From an uncultured Actinomycetes bacterium (lineage in GTDB: Bacteria; Actinomycetota; Thermoleophilia; Solirubrobacterales; Solirubrobacteraceae): a stretch of DNA of 64,000 nucleotides. The position numbers and the translations under genes were made by a program. Positions 37,377 through 46,881 of this stretch are shown here, one piece after another (position 1 is the first letter of the stretch; the number at the start of each line of letters is the position of its first letter). The stretch is from contig CAWCIB010000002.1 in assembly GCA_963795505.1 (NCBI GenBank), forward strand, positions 7,480-71,479, given 5' to 3'. The notes under the pieces are model-generated. The model saw only the letters and a program-made list of their open reading frames with translations, was not told where the DNA came from and searched no databases.

Positions 37377-38189
37377 ATGCTCTCCCGCTGGTCGCTCGAT
37401 CCGGGTCTCGTCTACGTCGTGATCTCGGCGGTGTTGTATGCGCTCGGCGCGCGCGGCCGCTTGAGGCCCAAGCCGCTCGAGGCGGTCTCGTTCTATGCCG
37501 GGCTTGTGGCGATCGTGGTCGCGCTCGACTCACCGATCGACTCCTATGCAGATCAGCTGTTCTGGGTCCACATGCTCCAGCACATACTGCTGCTGACGAT
37601 CGCGCCTCCGCTGATCCTGCTCGGGCGTCCGTGGCCGCGGATGTGGCGAGCGCTGCCGCTCGGCCCTCGCACGTCGCTGGCACGGACCGTTGCACACGCG
37701 CGCTGGGCGGCGCCGCTCCGCGGGCTCTCGCACCCCATTCCGGCGTGGATCCTGTTCAACGCGACCGTCATCGGCTGGCACATTCCGGCCGCCTACGACG
37801 CGACGCTCACCAACGGCGCCGTCCATGCCGTCGAGCACGCGATGTTCTTCTTCGCGGGGCTCCTGTTCTGGGCACGCGTGATCGATCCTGGCCCGTTGCG
37901 CCCCAGGCTCGTGTGGCCGGTGCGGGTCGCATACGCGGTCGGCGCGATGGTCGTGGGCTGGGTGCTCGCGATCACGCTGGTCGTGGTGCCCCACGCGGTC
38001 TACGGCTACTACGCTGCGCTTCAGACGCGCCCCGGCGGTATCAGCGCGGTCACCGACCAGCAGCTGGCCGCCGGCATGATGTGGGTCCCCGGATCGCTCT
38101 CATACACGATTACTTTCCTGATCGGCTTCTACCGCTGGCTCGAACCGGATCATGCGGGTAGCGGGCCGCGGCCTGCAGTCACTACATGA
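37377..38189 (+). CDS. ctaG: Caa3-type CtaG cytochrome oxidase assembly protein
   Basis: LFWVHMLQHILLL.IAPPLILLG, WHIPAAYD, HAVEH...GLLFW, DQQLAAGMMW. Confidence 0.9.
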   Translation: MLSRWSLDPGLVYVVISAVLYALGARGRLRPKPLEAVSFYAGLVAIVVALDSPIDSYADQLFWVHMLQHILLLTIAPPLILLGRPWPRMWRALPLGPRTSLARTVAHARWAAPLRGLSHPIPAWILFNATVIGWHIPAAYDATLTNGAVHAVEHAMFFFAGLLFWARVIDPGPLRPRLVWPVRVAYAVGAMVVGWVLAITLVVVPHAVYGYYAALQTRPGGISAVTDQQLAAGMMWVPGSLSYTITFLIGFYRWLEPDHAGSGPRPAVTT

Positions 38190-38199
38190 GGAGGAAAAT

Positions 38200-38403
38200 G
38201 TGCCAATGATCCCAATCGCAGCCTTCCTCGCCGGCTCACTTCTGACGCTGCTGCTGCCCACTGGCATGCTGATTGCGCTCGCTATCTGGTACACGGTCAC
38301 GGTGCGTCGTGCGCCGGAGGCGGCGGATCTGCCGCAGGATGAGCCGGTTCTCGAAAGCCCCCTGGTCGACAGCGGCTCGGGGACTCCGCGCGGCCAGGAC
38401 TGA
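38200..38403 (+). CDS. Small single-TM protein, possible oxidase accessory subunit
   Basis: GAGGAGG RBS; hydrophobic N-terminal helix then acidic tail; 10 nt after ctaG. Confidence 0.65.
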   Translation: MPMIPIAAFLAGSLLTLLLPTGMLIALAIWYTVTVRRAPEAADLPQDEPVLESPLVDSGSGTPRGQD

Positions 38404-38510
38404 GCGCCCCAACGGCCTCTCACAACATCCTTACGCTTTTGCAAGCCCGGTCTTCGAGGCGTGGGGAAAGCTATATGCGAATCATCAAACCCTCGATCCA
38501 GGAGAGTGGG

Positions 38511-38693
38511 ATGACCGCGATAGTGATACTCAACGTCTTGTTCATCACGCTGGTAGTTGTCGGAATCGTGGGCCTCTGCGGCCACGCGATCTATAGGGAC
38601 CGCAAGCACGTCGAGCGCATCCGCGTCTTTCGCGCTCGCAAGGCTCGCCGCCAGCGGCAGGCGCTCGCGCTGCGGCCCATCCGCGGGCACTAG
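38511..38693 (+). CDS. Small single-TM protein with basic tail
   Basis: GGAG RBS; MTAIVILNVLFITLVVVGIVGLCGHAI then an Arg/Lys-rich tail. Confidence 0.6.
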   Translation: MTAIVILNVLFITLVVVGIVGLCGHAIYRDRKHVERIRVFRARKARRQRQALALRPIRGH

Positions 38694-38739
38694 CTGGCGG
38701 GGCGGCGTCGCCCAGGGGGCGGCGCCGCTCGCGCTATTC

Positions 38740-39039
38740 CTACGGCTCGTAGGTCTCGATCACCTCGTAGACGCCGGCGACGTGCTCGTTCTCGACGAAC
38801 GCCGACATGTTGTCGACGCGCGAGTTCTCCTGCGCGTCGGCTTCCTCGCGCCAGCGGCGGTAGTCGTCGATCGTCGCGTCGAACAGGCCGAACGAGATCA
38901 CCTCGTCCTCGTCGCGGATGTTGCGCACGTGGTAGGCGCGCTGGAAGCCCGGGGGCGGGTCGTCGCCGGGGTCCCACGCCTCTCGGAACTGTTCCCACGC
39001 GCCAGGCTTCAGACGGCGGGCGCTGAGCATCACGAGCAT
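38740..39039 (-). CDS. ABM-like hypothetical protein
   Basis: GAGGAGG RBS; [15 protein letters not shown]...EVISFG pattern. Confidence 0.75.
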   Translation of the reverse strand: MLVMLSARRLKPGAWEQFREAWDPGDDPPPGFQRAYHVRNIRDEDEVISFGLFDATIDDYRRWREEADAQENSRVDNMSAFVENEHVAGVYEVIETYEP

Positions 39040-39089
39040 CTCGGTCCTCCTCGGTTGATGAGCGCGGCCAGCCTATAGCTTTCCGTCTG

Positions 39090-39785
39090 GTGCTCGGCCT
39101 GCCTGAAACCGTGAGCGCGTGCCTGTTCGACCTCGACGGCGTGCTGACGCAGACCGCCAAGGTTCATGCCGCCGCCTGGAAGCAGATGTTCGACGAGTTC
39201 CTGCGGGAGCGGCCTGAGCAGTTTGTGCCCTTCGACTCGGTCCGCGACTACGACGAGTACGTCGATGGCAAGCCGCGCGATGACGGGGTGCGCTCGTTCC
39301 TGACCGCGCGCGGGATCGAGCTCGACGACGGCGAGGTGAAGTCGCTCGGGACCAAGAAGAACGAGATCGTGCTGCGAATGATCCGTGACGACGGCGTGCA
39401 GCCATACGACGGGTCGGTGCGCTACGTCAAGGCCGCGCGCGCCGCCGGCCTGCGGAGGGCGGTTGTCTCGTCGAGCACCAACGCGCACGATGTGTTGGCC
39501 GCGGCGGGGATCCTGGAGTTGTTCGAGCAGGTGATCGACGGCCACGTCGCCGAGCGCGAGCGCCTTCAAGGCAAGCCCGCGCCGGACACGTTCCTGGCCG
39601 GTGCACGGGCGCTCGGCGTCGGCCCCGACGCGGCGGCCGTCTACGAAGACGCGCTCGCCGGGGTGCAGGCGGGGCGTGAGGGGCGCTTCGCGTTCGTCGT
39701 GGGGGTCGACCGGGTAGGGCAGGCCGACGCGCTCAAGGACCACGGAGCCGACGTAGTCGTCAAAGACCTGGACGAGCTGCTGTGA
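39090..39785 (+). CDS. Beta-phosphoglucomutase-family HAD hydrolase
   Basis: [31 protein letters not shown]. Confidence 0.92.
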   Translation: MLGLPETVSACLFDLDGVLTQTAKVHAAAWKQMFDEFLRERPEQFVPFDSVRDYDEYVDGKPRDDGVRSFLTARGIELDDGEVKSLGTKKNEIVLRMIRDDGVQPYDGSVRYVKAARAAGLRRAVVSSSTNAHDVLAAAGILELFEQVIDGHVAERERLQGKPAPDTFLAGARALGVGPDAAAVYEDALAGVQAGREGRFAFVVGVDRVGQADALKDHGADVVVKDLDELL

Positions 39786-42136
39786 TCCAGCACCCGGCCT
39801 TCCGAGTGGAGCCGTGGGTCGTGCGCGAGGCGGAGCTTCACCTCGACACGCTCGCCCAGACCGAGTCGGTGTTCGCGCTTGCGAACGGTCACATCGGGCT
39901 GCGCGGGAACCTCGATGAGGGCGAGCCGTTCGGGCTGCCCGGCACATACCTCAATGGTTTCTACGAGCTACGCCCGCTGCCCTATGCCGAGGCCGGCTAT
40001 GGCAACCCCGAGTCTGGTCAGACGGTGCTCAACGTCACCAACGGCAAGCTGATCCGGCTGCTGGTCGAGGACGAGCCGTTCGACCTGCGCTATGGCGAGC
40101 TCCGACGGCACGAGCGGGTGCTCGACCTGCGGGCGGGTGTTCTGCGCCGGGTGGCCGAGTGGGTCTCCCCCACAGGGCGCGCCGTGCGCGTCTCTTCGAC
40201 GCGGCTCGTGTCGTTCACGCAACGGGCGGTGGCCGCGATCTCATACGAGGTCGAGCCGCTCGACGGCCCGACGCCCATCGTGATCCAGTCGGAGCTGGTG
40301 GCGAACGAGTCGATGCCCGAAACGGAGGCCGATCCCAGAGCCGCGGCGGCGCTCGTGTCCCCGCTCCGATCCGAGGACTACTTGGGGCTCGACACGCGCG
40401 CGATTCTCACCCATACGACCACCGCCAGCGGCCTGCGGATGTCGGCCGCGATGGACCACGAGATTGACGGACCGGATGGTATCGATGTGAAATGCGAAGC
40501 CCTCGAGGACATGGCTCGTTTGACGGTCACGGCCGACGTCTCGCCCGGTCAGCCGCTGCGGCTCGTGAAGTTCCTCGCCTACGGCTGGTCCGCTCAGCGC
40601 TCGCTGTCGGCGGTGCGCGACCAGACCGGGGCGGCGCTGGCGGAGGCCGTACATCGCGGCTGGGAGCGTTTACTCGCGGAGCAGCGCGCCTATCTGGACG
40701 ATTTTTGGGATGCGGCAGATGTCGAGATCGAGGGCGACGCCGAGCTTCAGCAGGCGGTTCGGTTCGCGCTGTTTCACACCCTCCAGGCCGGTGCGCGCGC
40801 CGAGCAGCGGGCGATCGCGGCCAAAGGGCTGACCGGTACGGGTTATGACGGACACGCGTTCTGGGACACCGAGATGTTCGTACTGCCGGTCCTGGCCTAC
40901 ACGGCGCCCCACGCCGCTGCCGATGCTCTGCGCTGGCGGCATGCGACGCTGGAGCAAGCGCGAGGCAGGGCCAAACAGCTCGGGCTCAGCGGGGCGGCGT
41001 TCCCATGGAGGACGATCGAAGGCCAGGAGTGCTCGGGCTACTGGCCGGCGGGCACCGCCGCGTTTCACATCAACGCCGACATTGCCGACGCGGTGATCCG
41101 ATACGTCGGCGTGACCGAGGACGAAGAGTTCGAGCGCGAGGTGGGCGCCGAGCTATTGGTCGAGACCGCGCGGTTGTGGCGGTCGCTCGGGCACCACGAC
41201 GCCGCCGGCCGGTTCAGGATCGACGGTGTCACCGGTCCCGACGAATACAGCGCGATCGCGGACAACAACGTCTACACGAACCTCATGGCACAGCGTAACC
41301 TTCATTACGCCGCCGAGGCGGTCGCGCGCCACCCGCAGGTTGCGGCGGCGCTCGGCGTCGACGAGGAGGAGGCCGCTGGATGGCGCGACGCCGCTGAGCG
41401 GATCGTGATCCCGTACGACTCAGAACTCGGCGTTCATTCCCAGGCCGAGGGCTTCACGACGCATGATCGCTGGGATTTCGAGCACACCTCGCCCGAGCAG
41501 TACCCGCTGCTGTTGCACTTTCCCTACTACGACCTGTACCGCAAGCAGGTCGTCAAGCAGGCGGATCTGGTGCACGCGATGTTCGTGCGCAGCGACGCGT
41601 TCACGGACGAGCAGAAGGAGCGTAACTTCGCCTACTACGAGGGGCTCACGGTCCGCGATTCGTCGCTTTCGGCTTCGATTCAGGCCGTGGTCGCGGCGGA
41701 GGTCGGGCACGTGGAGCTCGCCTACGACTACTTTGCCGAGGCGGCGCTGATGGACCTCGACGACCTCGAGCACAACACCCGGGATGGACTCCATATCGCG
41801 TCGCTGGCCGGGGCGTACATCGCAGCGGTGTCGGGATTCGGCGGTGCTCGCGACAAGGGAGGGCGGCTGAGCTTTACGCCGCGACTCCCACAGGCGCTCA
41901 GCCGGCTGGCATTCAGGTTCAACATCCGCGGATGTCGGCTGCTGGTCAATGTTCGCCCGACCCAGGTGCGCTACACGCTGATACATGGCGAGCGGCTCGA
42001 GATCGTGCATTACGGACAGGAGGCGACGGTCGAGGCCGGTCATCCGCTGACGCGCCGGATTCCCGAGGCGCGGCAGCTCGTGGCTCCCACGCAGCCGCCG
42101 GGCCGGGCCCCGGCCCGGCGAGTCGCGCCGCGATGA
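39782..42136 (+). CDS. Glycoside hydrolase family 65 (trehalose/maltose/kojibiose phosphorylase-like)
   Basis: [48 protein letters not shown]. Confidence 0.95.
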   Translation: MIQHPAFRVEPWVVREAELHLDTLAQTESVFALANGHIGLRGNLDEGEPFGLPGTYLNGFYELRPLPYAEAGYGNPESGQTVLNVTNGKLIRLLVEDEPFDLRYGELRRHERVLDLRAGVLRRVAEWVSPTGRAVRVSSTRLVSFTQRAVAAISYEVEPLDGPTPIVIQSELVANESMPETEADPRAAAALVSPLRSEDYLGLDTRAILTHTTTASGLRMSAAMDHEIDGPDGIDVKCEALEDMARLTVTADVSPGQPLRLVKFLAYGWSAQRSLSAVRDQTGAALAEAVHRGWERLLAEQRAYLDDFWDAADVEIEGDAELQQAVRFALFHTLQAGARAEQRAIAAKGLTGTGYDGHAFWDTEMFVLPVLAYTAPHAAADALRWRHATLEQARGRAKQLGLSGAAFPWRTIEGQECSGYWPAGTAAFHINADIADAVIRYVGVTEDEEFEREVGAELLVETARLWRSLGHHDAAGRFRIDGVTGPDEYSAIADNNVYTNLMAQRNLHYAAEAVARHPQVAAALGVDEEEAAGWRDAAERIVIPYDSELGVHSQAEGFTTHDRWDFEHTSPEQYPLLLHFPYYDLYRKQVVKQADLVHAMFVRSDAFTDEQKERNFAYYEGLTVRDSSLSASIQAVVAAEVGHVELAYDYFAEAALMDLDDLEHNTRDGLHIASLAGAYIAAVSGFGGARDKGGRLSFTPRLPQALSRLAFRFNIRGCRLLVNVRPTQVRYTLIHGERLEIVHYGQEATVEAGHPLTRRIPEARQLVAPTQPPGRAPARRVAPR

Positions 42137-42149
42137 GTAGGATCGCAAT

Positions 42150-42569
42150 GTGATGACCACGTCGCCGATCGAGGAGTTCCTCGCCGCCTTCGACCGTCTC
42201 GATATCGATGCGGCGATGTCTTCAATGGCTCCCGGCGTCCAGCTTTTGACCGCCGACGGCCGCCGAGCCCAGGGCAGCGATGCGGTGCGTGAGCTGATCG
42301 CCGAGTTCATGGGCCCGCTCCGTACGACCGAACACAAGATCACTGCGCAGTGGCACGAGGACGACGTGTGGATCGCCGAAGTTGAGGCGACCTACGAGCT
42401 CCAGGACTGGCTGAAGCTAAACGCGCTGCCGCGGGCGTTCATCGCGCGGATGGGCACCGACGGGATCGCGGACCTCCGTGCCTACGGCGCCCACGAGCAT
42501 CCGCTCACCGACCACCGCACCGGCGAGGAGGGGATGTTGATCGGCACACGGTGGATGCCGCCGCTTTAG
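42150..42569 (+). CDS. SnoaL-like / NTF2-family protein
   Basis: IEEFLAAFDRLD.DA......A......DG....G.DAVR pattern. Confidence 0.75.
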   Translation: MMTTSPIEEFLAAFDRLDIDAAMSSMAPGVQLLTADGRRAQGSDAVRELIAEFMGPLRTTEHKITAQWHEDDVWIAEVEATYELQDWLKLNALPRAFIARMGTDGIADLRAYGAHEHPLTDHRTGEEGMLIGTRWMPPL

Positions 42570-42579
42570 CTGAGCGCTC

Positions 42580-42834
42580 TTACTGGAGGTAGCGTTCGAC
42601 CGTATCGGAGTCGCGGGCCTGTGCTTCGTCGGGGTCCTGCTTGAACTCTTCGCGCGCGCGGCGCTGGCGGAGCAGGTCCCAGCAGCGGTCGAGCTCGAGC
42701 TTGACTGCCTCAAGCCGCCGCTTGTCCTCGTCGAGTCGGTCAAGGTTCCCGCTGTCATCCTGCTCGCGGCGACGGAGCTCATTCTCCTCGGCCACCAGAT
42801 TCTCGATATGCGCTGTGATGCTTTCGTCGCTCAT
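42580..42834 (-). CDS. DUF2630 family protein
   Basis: LVAEE.ELR...LDRCWDLLRQRRAREE...DPD.A..R...VE.YLQ. Confidence 0.9.
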   Translation of the reverse strand: MSDESITAHIENLVAEENELRRREQDDSGNLDRLDEDKRRLEAVKLELDRCWDLLRQRRAREEFKQDPDEAQARDSDTVERYLQ

Positions 42835-42904
42835 GAGCGCAATCGTATTCAGCTGACACCGGAGCGCGTCAGGCGGCTTGAACGCCGCGGCTAGGCTAGG
42901 ACAC

Positions 42905-44557
42905 ATGAGCGAGCAGCGGCGCGCCAGGATCCTGGTCGTCGACGACGAGCCGGCGGTGCTGGCTGCCGTCGCACGAGATCTGCGAGGCAAGTTCGGTGAG
43001 CGATACCGGATCGTGCGCGCCGGCTCGGGCGAGGAAGGGCTCGATGTCCTACGGGAGCTCGTGCGCCGCGGCGAGCAGGTGGCTCTCCTGATCGCCGATC
43101 AGCGCATGCCCGGCCTGTCCGGGACCGAATTCCTCGTACAGGCGCGCCAGATCGTTCCGACGGCTAAGCGCATGCTGCTCACGGCGTACGCCGATACCGA
43201 GGCCGCGATTGACGCGATCAACGAGGTCGATCTCGATTACTACCTGCTCAAGCCCTGGGACCCGCCAGAGGAGAAGCTGTTTCCGGCCGTCGATGACCAG
43301 CTGCATGTCTGGGAGGCCGGTGCCGCACTCGAGTCCGGCGGCGTTCGACTGATCGGCCACCGCTTCTCGCGCTCGACCCACGAGCTGCGCGATTTCCTCG
43401 CCCGCAACCAGGTCCCGGCGCGCTGGCTGGATGTCGAGCGCGACGCCGAAGCCCGTCAGCTGCTCAAGGTGGCGGGCGTCGAGGACGACCGGCTGCCGGT
43501 AGCGCTAATGGAGGACGGCCATGTGCTCGAGCGCCCGACGGTGCTCGAGCTCGCCGAACGGCTCGGCGTTGCCGGCCAACCCGCGTCCGAGCACTACGAC
43601 CTCGTGATCGTCGGCGGCGGGCCCGCGGGCCTGGCGGCCGCCGTCTACGGGGCTTCCGAGGGACTGAAGACGATCATGGTCGAGCGCGAGGCGCCCGGCG
43701 GCCAGGCCGGGCAGTCGAGCCGGATCGAGAACTACCTGGGCTTTCCGCGCGGACTGAGCGGCTCGGAGCTGACTCAACGGGCCACGATCCAGGCGCGTCG
43801 TCTCGGCGCCGAGCTCCTGACACTCCAGGACACGACGGCCTTGCGCGTCGAGGGAGCGGGGCGGATCGTCGAGCTCGCCGACGGCGGCACGCTCAGCGCC
43901 TCGAGCGTGCTGATCGCCTCAGGCGTCTCCTACCGCCAGCTCGACACGCCCGGTTTCCCGGAGCTGACGGGACAGGGGATCTATTACGGGGCCGCGGTCA
44001 ACGAGGCGCGCGATTGCCGGGACCAGCACGTCGTGGTCATCGGCGGTGCCAACTCGGCGGGCCAGGCGGCGGTGTATTTCTCGCAGTGGGCCGGACGCGT
44101 GACGCTCCTCGTGCGCGGCGACTCGCTCGAGAAGTCGATGTCGCACTACCTGATCGAGCAGATCAGCGCGCTCGACGGGGTCGAGGTTCGTACCCACACA
44201 GAGGCCATCGGCGCCGAAGGGAACGGCCATCTGGAGACGCTGAGGATCCGCAACGGAGATGGGTCGGAGTCGGTCGAGAAGGCCGATGCCTGCTTCGTGT
44301 TCATCGGTGCGCGGCCGCTGACCGATTGGCTCGAGGGCGTTGTCGCCCGCGATGAGCGCGGCTACATCCTCGCGGGCCTCGACGTCAAGCAGGCCGCCTG
44401 GCCGCTGGCCCGCGACCCGTTCCCGCTCGAGACCAATGTGCCTGGGGTGTTCGTTGCGGGCGACGTACGGGCCCGCTCGATCAAGCGCGTCGCCAGCGCC
44501 GTCGGCGAAGGATCGATGGCCGTGTCGCTTGTTCATCAATATTTGGCGGAGGCATGA
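42905..44557 (+). CDS. Response-regulator receiver fused to thioredoxin-reductase-like FAD oxidoreductase
   Basis: VVDDEP, IADQRMPG, LLKPW; GGGPAGLAAA, SSRIENYLGFP, GGANSAGQAA, VFVAGD. Confidence 0.93.
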   Translation: MSEQRRARILVVDDEPAVLAAVARDLRGKFGERYRIVRAGSGEEGLDVLRELVRRGEQVALLIADQRMPGLSGTEFLVQARQIVPTAKRMLLTAYADTEAAIDAINEVDLDYYLLKPWDPPEEKLFPAVDDQLHVWEAGAALESGGVRLIGHRFSRSTHELRDFLARNQVPARWLDVERDAEARQLLKVAGVEDDRLPVALMEDGHVLERPTVLELAERLGVAGQPASEHYDLVIVGGGPAGLAAAVYGASEGLKTIMVEREAPGGQAGQSSRIENYLGFPRGLSGSELTQRATIQARRLGAELLTLQDTTALRVEGAGRIVELADGGTLSASSVLIASGVSYRQLDTPGFPELTGQGIYYGAAVNEARDCRDQHVVVIGGANSAGQAAVYFSQWAGRVTLLVRGDSLEKSMSHYLIEQISALDGVEVRTHTEAIGAEGNGHLETLRIRNGDGSESVEKADACFVFIGARPLTDWLEGVVARDERGYILAGLDVKQAAWPLARDPFPLETNVPGVFVAGDVRARSIKRVASAVGEGSMAVSLVHQYLAEA

Positions 44558-45969
44558 GCGCGACGGCAGTGACACTCCACGATCTACGACGGATCGATCT
44601 GTTCGACGATCTCGACGACGACGAGCTCGCCAAGTGGGTGGAGGTCGCGCAGTGGCACGAGGCCGAAGCCGGCGGGGTGGTGATCGAAGGGGGACACGAA
44701 CCCGACGGCCTCATATGCCTGCTCGAAGGCATCCTTCAGATGCAGGTGCCCGACGGGCAGCGGCTCCAGGTGGTCGGGCGCCAGACGGCGCCAACGTGGA
44801 TCGGGGCCGTCCCGACGCTCACCGAGGCAAAGGTCGCCGCGCGCATGATCGCGGTCACCGATGTGCGCTGGGCGCTGATCCCAGCGGTCGAGTTCCGCCA
44901 CCTCGTGCTCGCCAATCCGGACCTCCACCAACGGATCATGCGCCAGGTCGGACCAGTGGTCAGGCGCATAACCGAGATGGAGCAGAACAGGGAGCGTCTG
45001 GCTGCGCTCGGCACGATGGCCGCCGGCCTGGCGCACGAGCTCAACAACCCGGCCGCGGCGGCGCGCAGCGCCGCGGGTCAGCTCTCCACAGCCCTCCAGG
45101 TGATCGGCTCGACGTTGCGGGAGTTCGTCCAGGCCGGTGTCGAGCGCGAGGACGCAGCTCGGATCGCCGACCTTCGCGATCAGGCGGTGAGTCAGGCTGC
45201 CGCGCGCGAGGAGTTCTCGGGCCTTGAGGCATCCGACGCCGTCGACGACATGCTCGACCGCCTCGAGGCGATGGAGATCGGGGGCGCGTCGCAGATCGCC
45301 GAGCCCCTGGCGCTCGCGGGGGTCGATCAGGAGTGGCTCGACAAGGTCCAATCACTCGCCGGACCCGCCACTCCCGCCGCGCTGCGGTCGGTCGCCGTGT
45401 CAATCGACGCCCAGAAGCTCGTCGACGAGCTGTGTGAGTCGACCCAGCGCATGAGCTCGCTCGTCGGCGCCGTCAAGGCCTACGCATACATGGACCGCGG
45501 TGGCGTCGTGAAGGTAGACATCCACGAAGGGCTCGACACGACGCTCACCATCCTTCACCACAAGCTCAAGCACACAAAGATCGCGGTCAAGCGCCAGTAC
45601 GACCGCAGCCTTCCCCAGCTCATGATCTACGGCTCAGAGCTGAACCAGGTCTGGACCAACCTGCTCGTCAACGCGATCCAGGCGCTCGGCCAGAGCGGCA
45701 CGATCACGATTGCCACCGAGCGCGATGGCGACTGCGTCCTTGTGAATATCTCCGACGACGGCCCCGGAATCCCCGAGGACGTCCGCGAGCGCGTGTTCGA
45801 ACCTTTCTTCACGACCAAGGGCGTGGGCGAGGGCACTGGCCTCGGCCTCGACACCGCCAAGCGGATCGTCGAGGACCGCCACGGCGGCTCGATCACGTTC
45901 GACACGGGCGAGCACGGCACCAGCTTCCATGTCTGGCTTCCCATCAAAGAAACGGAGAAGGCGAAATGA
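44554..45969 (+). CDS. cNMP-binding domain sensor histidine kinase
   Basis: N-terminal cNMP-like domain; LAHELNNP, NQVWTNLL.NA, DDGPGI, FFTTK, GTGLGL. Confidence 0.93.
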   Translation: MSATAVTLHDLRRIDLFDDLDDDELAKWVEVAQWHEAEAGGVVIEGGHEPDGLICLLEGILQMQVPDGQRLQVVGRQTAPTWIGAVPTLTEAKVAARMIAVTDVRWALIPAVEFRHLVLANPDLHQRIMRQVGPVVRRITEMEQNRERLAALGTMAAGLAHELNNPAAAARSAAGQLSTALQVIGSTLREFVQAGVEREDAARIADLRDQAVSQAAAREEFSGLEASDAVDDMLDRLEAMEIGGASQIAEPLALAGVDQEWLDKVQSLAGPATPAALRSVAVSIDAQKLVDELCESTQRMSSLVGAVKAYAYMDRGGVVKVDIHEGLDTTLTILHHKLKHTKIAVKRQYDRSLPQLMIYGSELNQVWTNLLVNAIQALGQSGTITIATERDGDCVLVNISDDGPGIPEDVRERVFEPFFTTKGVGEGTGLGLDTAKRIVEDRHGGSITFDTGEHGTSFHVWLPIKETEKAK

Positions 45970-46283
45970 GTGGCTGTAGCCACCTGGACACGATCACTGT
46001 CTTCGAGCTCCCCGAAAGCGTCACCGGCTGCGAGGACTGTCTGCGCGAGGGCAGCGTCTGGATGCACCTGCGGATCTGCCTGAGCTGCGGTCACGTCGGG
46101 TGCTGCGACGACTCGCCCAACAAGCACGCCAGCGCTCACCACCACGACTCCGGCCACGCGCTGATCCGCTCGCTCGAGCCCGGCGAGGATTGGAGCTGGT
46201 GCTTCGAGGACGAGCTGGCGATGCGGATCACCGACATCCGCGGCGAGACTCGGATCCCGCCCTCGCCGATGCTCAGCGGCTGA
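45966..46283 (+). CDS. UBP-type zinc finger protein
   Basis: CSH...CEDC...LRICL.CGHVGCCD.SP.KHA..H...H...EDW.WC. Confidence 0.92.
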   Translation: MSGCSHLDTITVFELPESVTGCEDCLREGSVWMHLRICLSCGHVGCCDDSPNKHASAHHHDSGHALIRSLEPGEDWSWCFEDELAMRITDIRGETRIPPSPMLSG

Positions 46284-46881
46284 CCTGTCGCCTGAGGCGC
46301 AGCGCGAGCACACCGCCCGCGACGAGCACCGCGACGACTCCAAGCGCAATCGGGAGCGCCGCCGAGCCGCCGCCGCCTCCGCCGGCCGTGTCCGATGTGT
46401 GGCCGATCGGGTGTCCCGCCGCCTTGGCCAGCCGCGGCACGGCGGCGATCGCCGCTCGGACCAGATCGTCGCTTTGTGTACCGGTTGGCTTCGGGAGCGA
46501 GATCGTCGGTAGCCCCCGCGTTCCGTATCCGTCGGACATCACGACCAGCAGCGGTGCGCGCGCGACGACAAAGCTCAGCTCCTGGTAGAGGAACTTGGCG
46601 TACGTCTGGGGCTTGCCGAAGAAGCTCGGCACGGCGCCGAGGTCGGTCGGGGAATCGATCAGCGCGATTTTGATCGGGAAGTGGGCGCGCTGGGCGGCGA
46701 TCGCCTCCGCGTTGAGCGCCTTCGCGAGCGCGGTCGAAACGGGAGGGCTGTATGGGTAGAACACCTGGGCGCCGAGCAGCACGTCGCTGGCGGGGTCCGC
46801 GTCGGCGAGCGCTGTCGCCGGGAGCACCGCGAAGAGCGCCGCCGCGATGATCGCCGACAGCCCCCTAGCCACCGAACGCAT
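46273..46881 (-). CDS. Exported, C-terminally anchored hypothetical protein (D.DPASD family, paralog A)
   Basis: Signal peptide ...PATALA|DADPASDVL; C-terminal TM plus RLRR. Confidence 0.75.
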   Translation of the reverse strand: MRSVARGLSAIIAAALFAVLPATALADADPASDVLLGAQVFYPYSPPVSTALAKALNAEAIAAQRAHFPIKIALIDSPTDLGAVPSFFGKPQTYAKFLYQELSFVVARAPLLVVMSDGYGTRGLPTISLPKPTGTQSDDLVRAAIAAVPRLAKAAGHPIGHTSDTAGGGGGGSAALPIALGVVAVLVAGGVLALRLRRQVSR

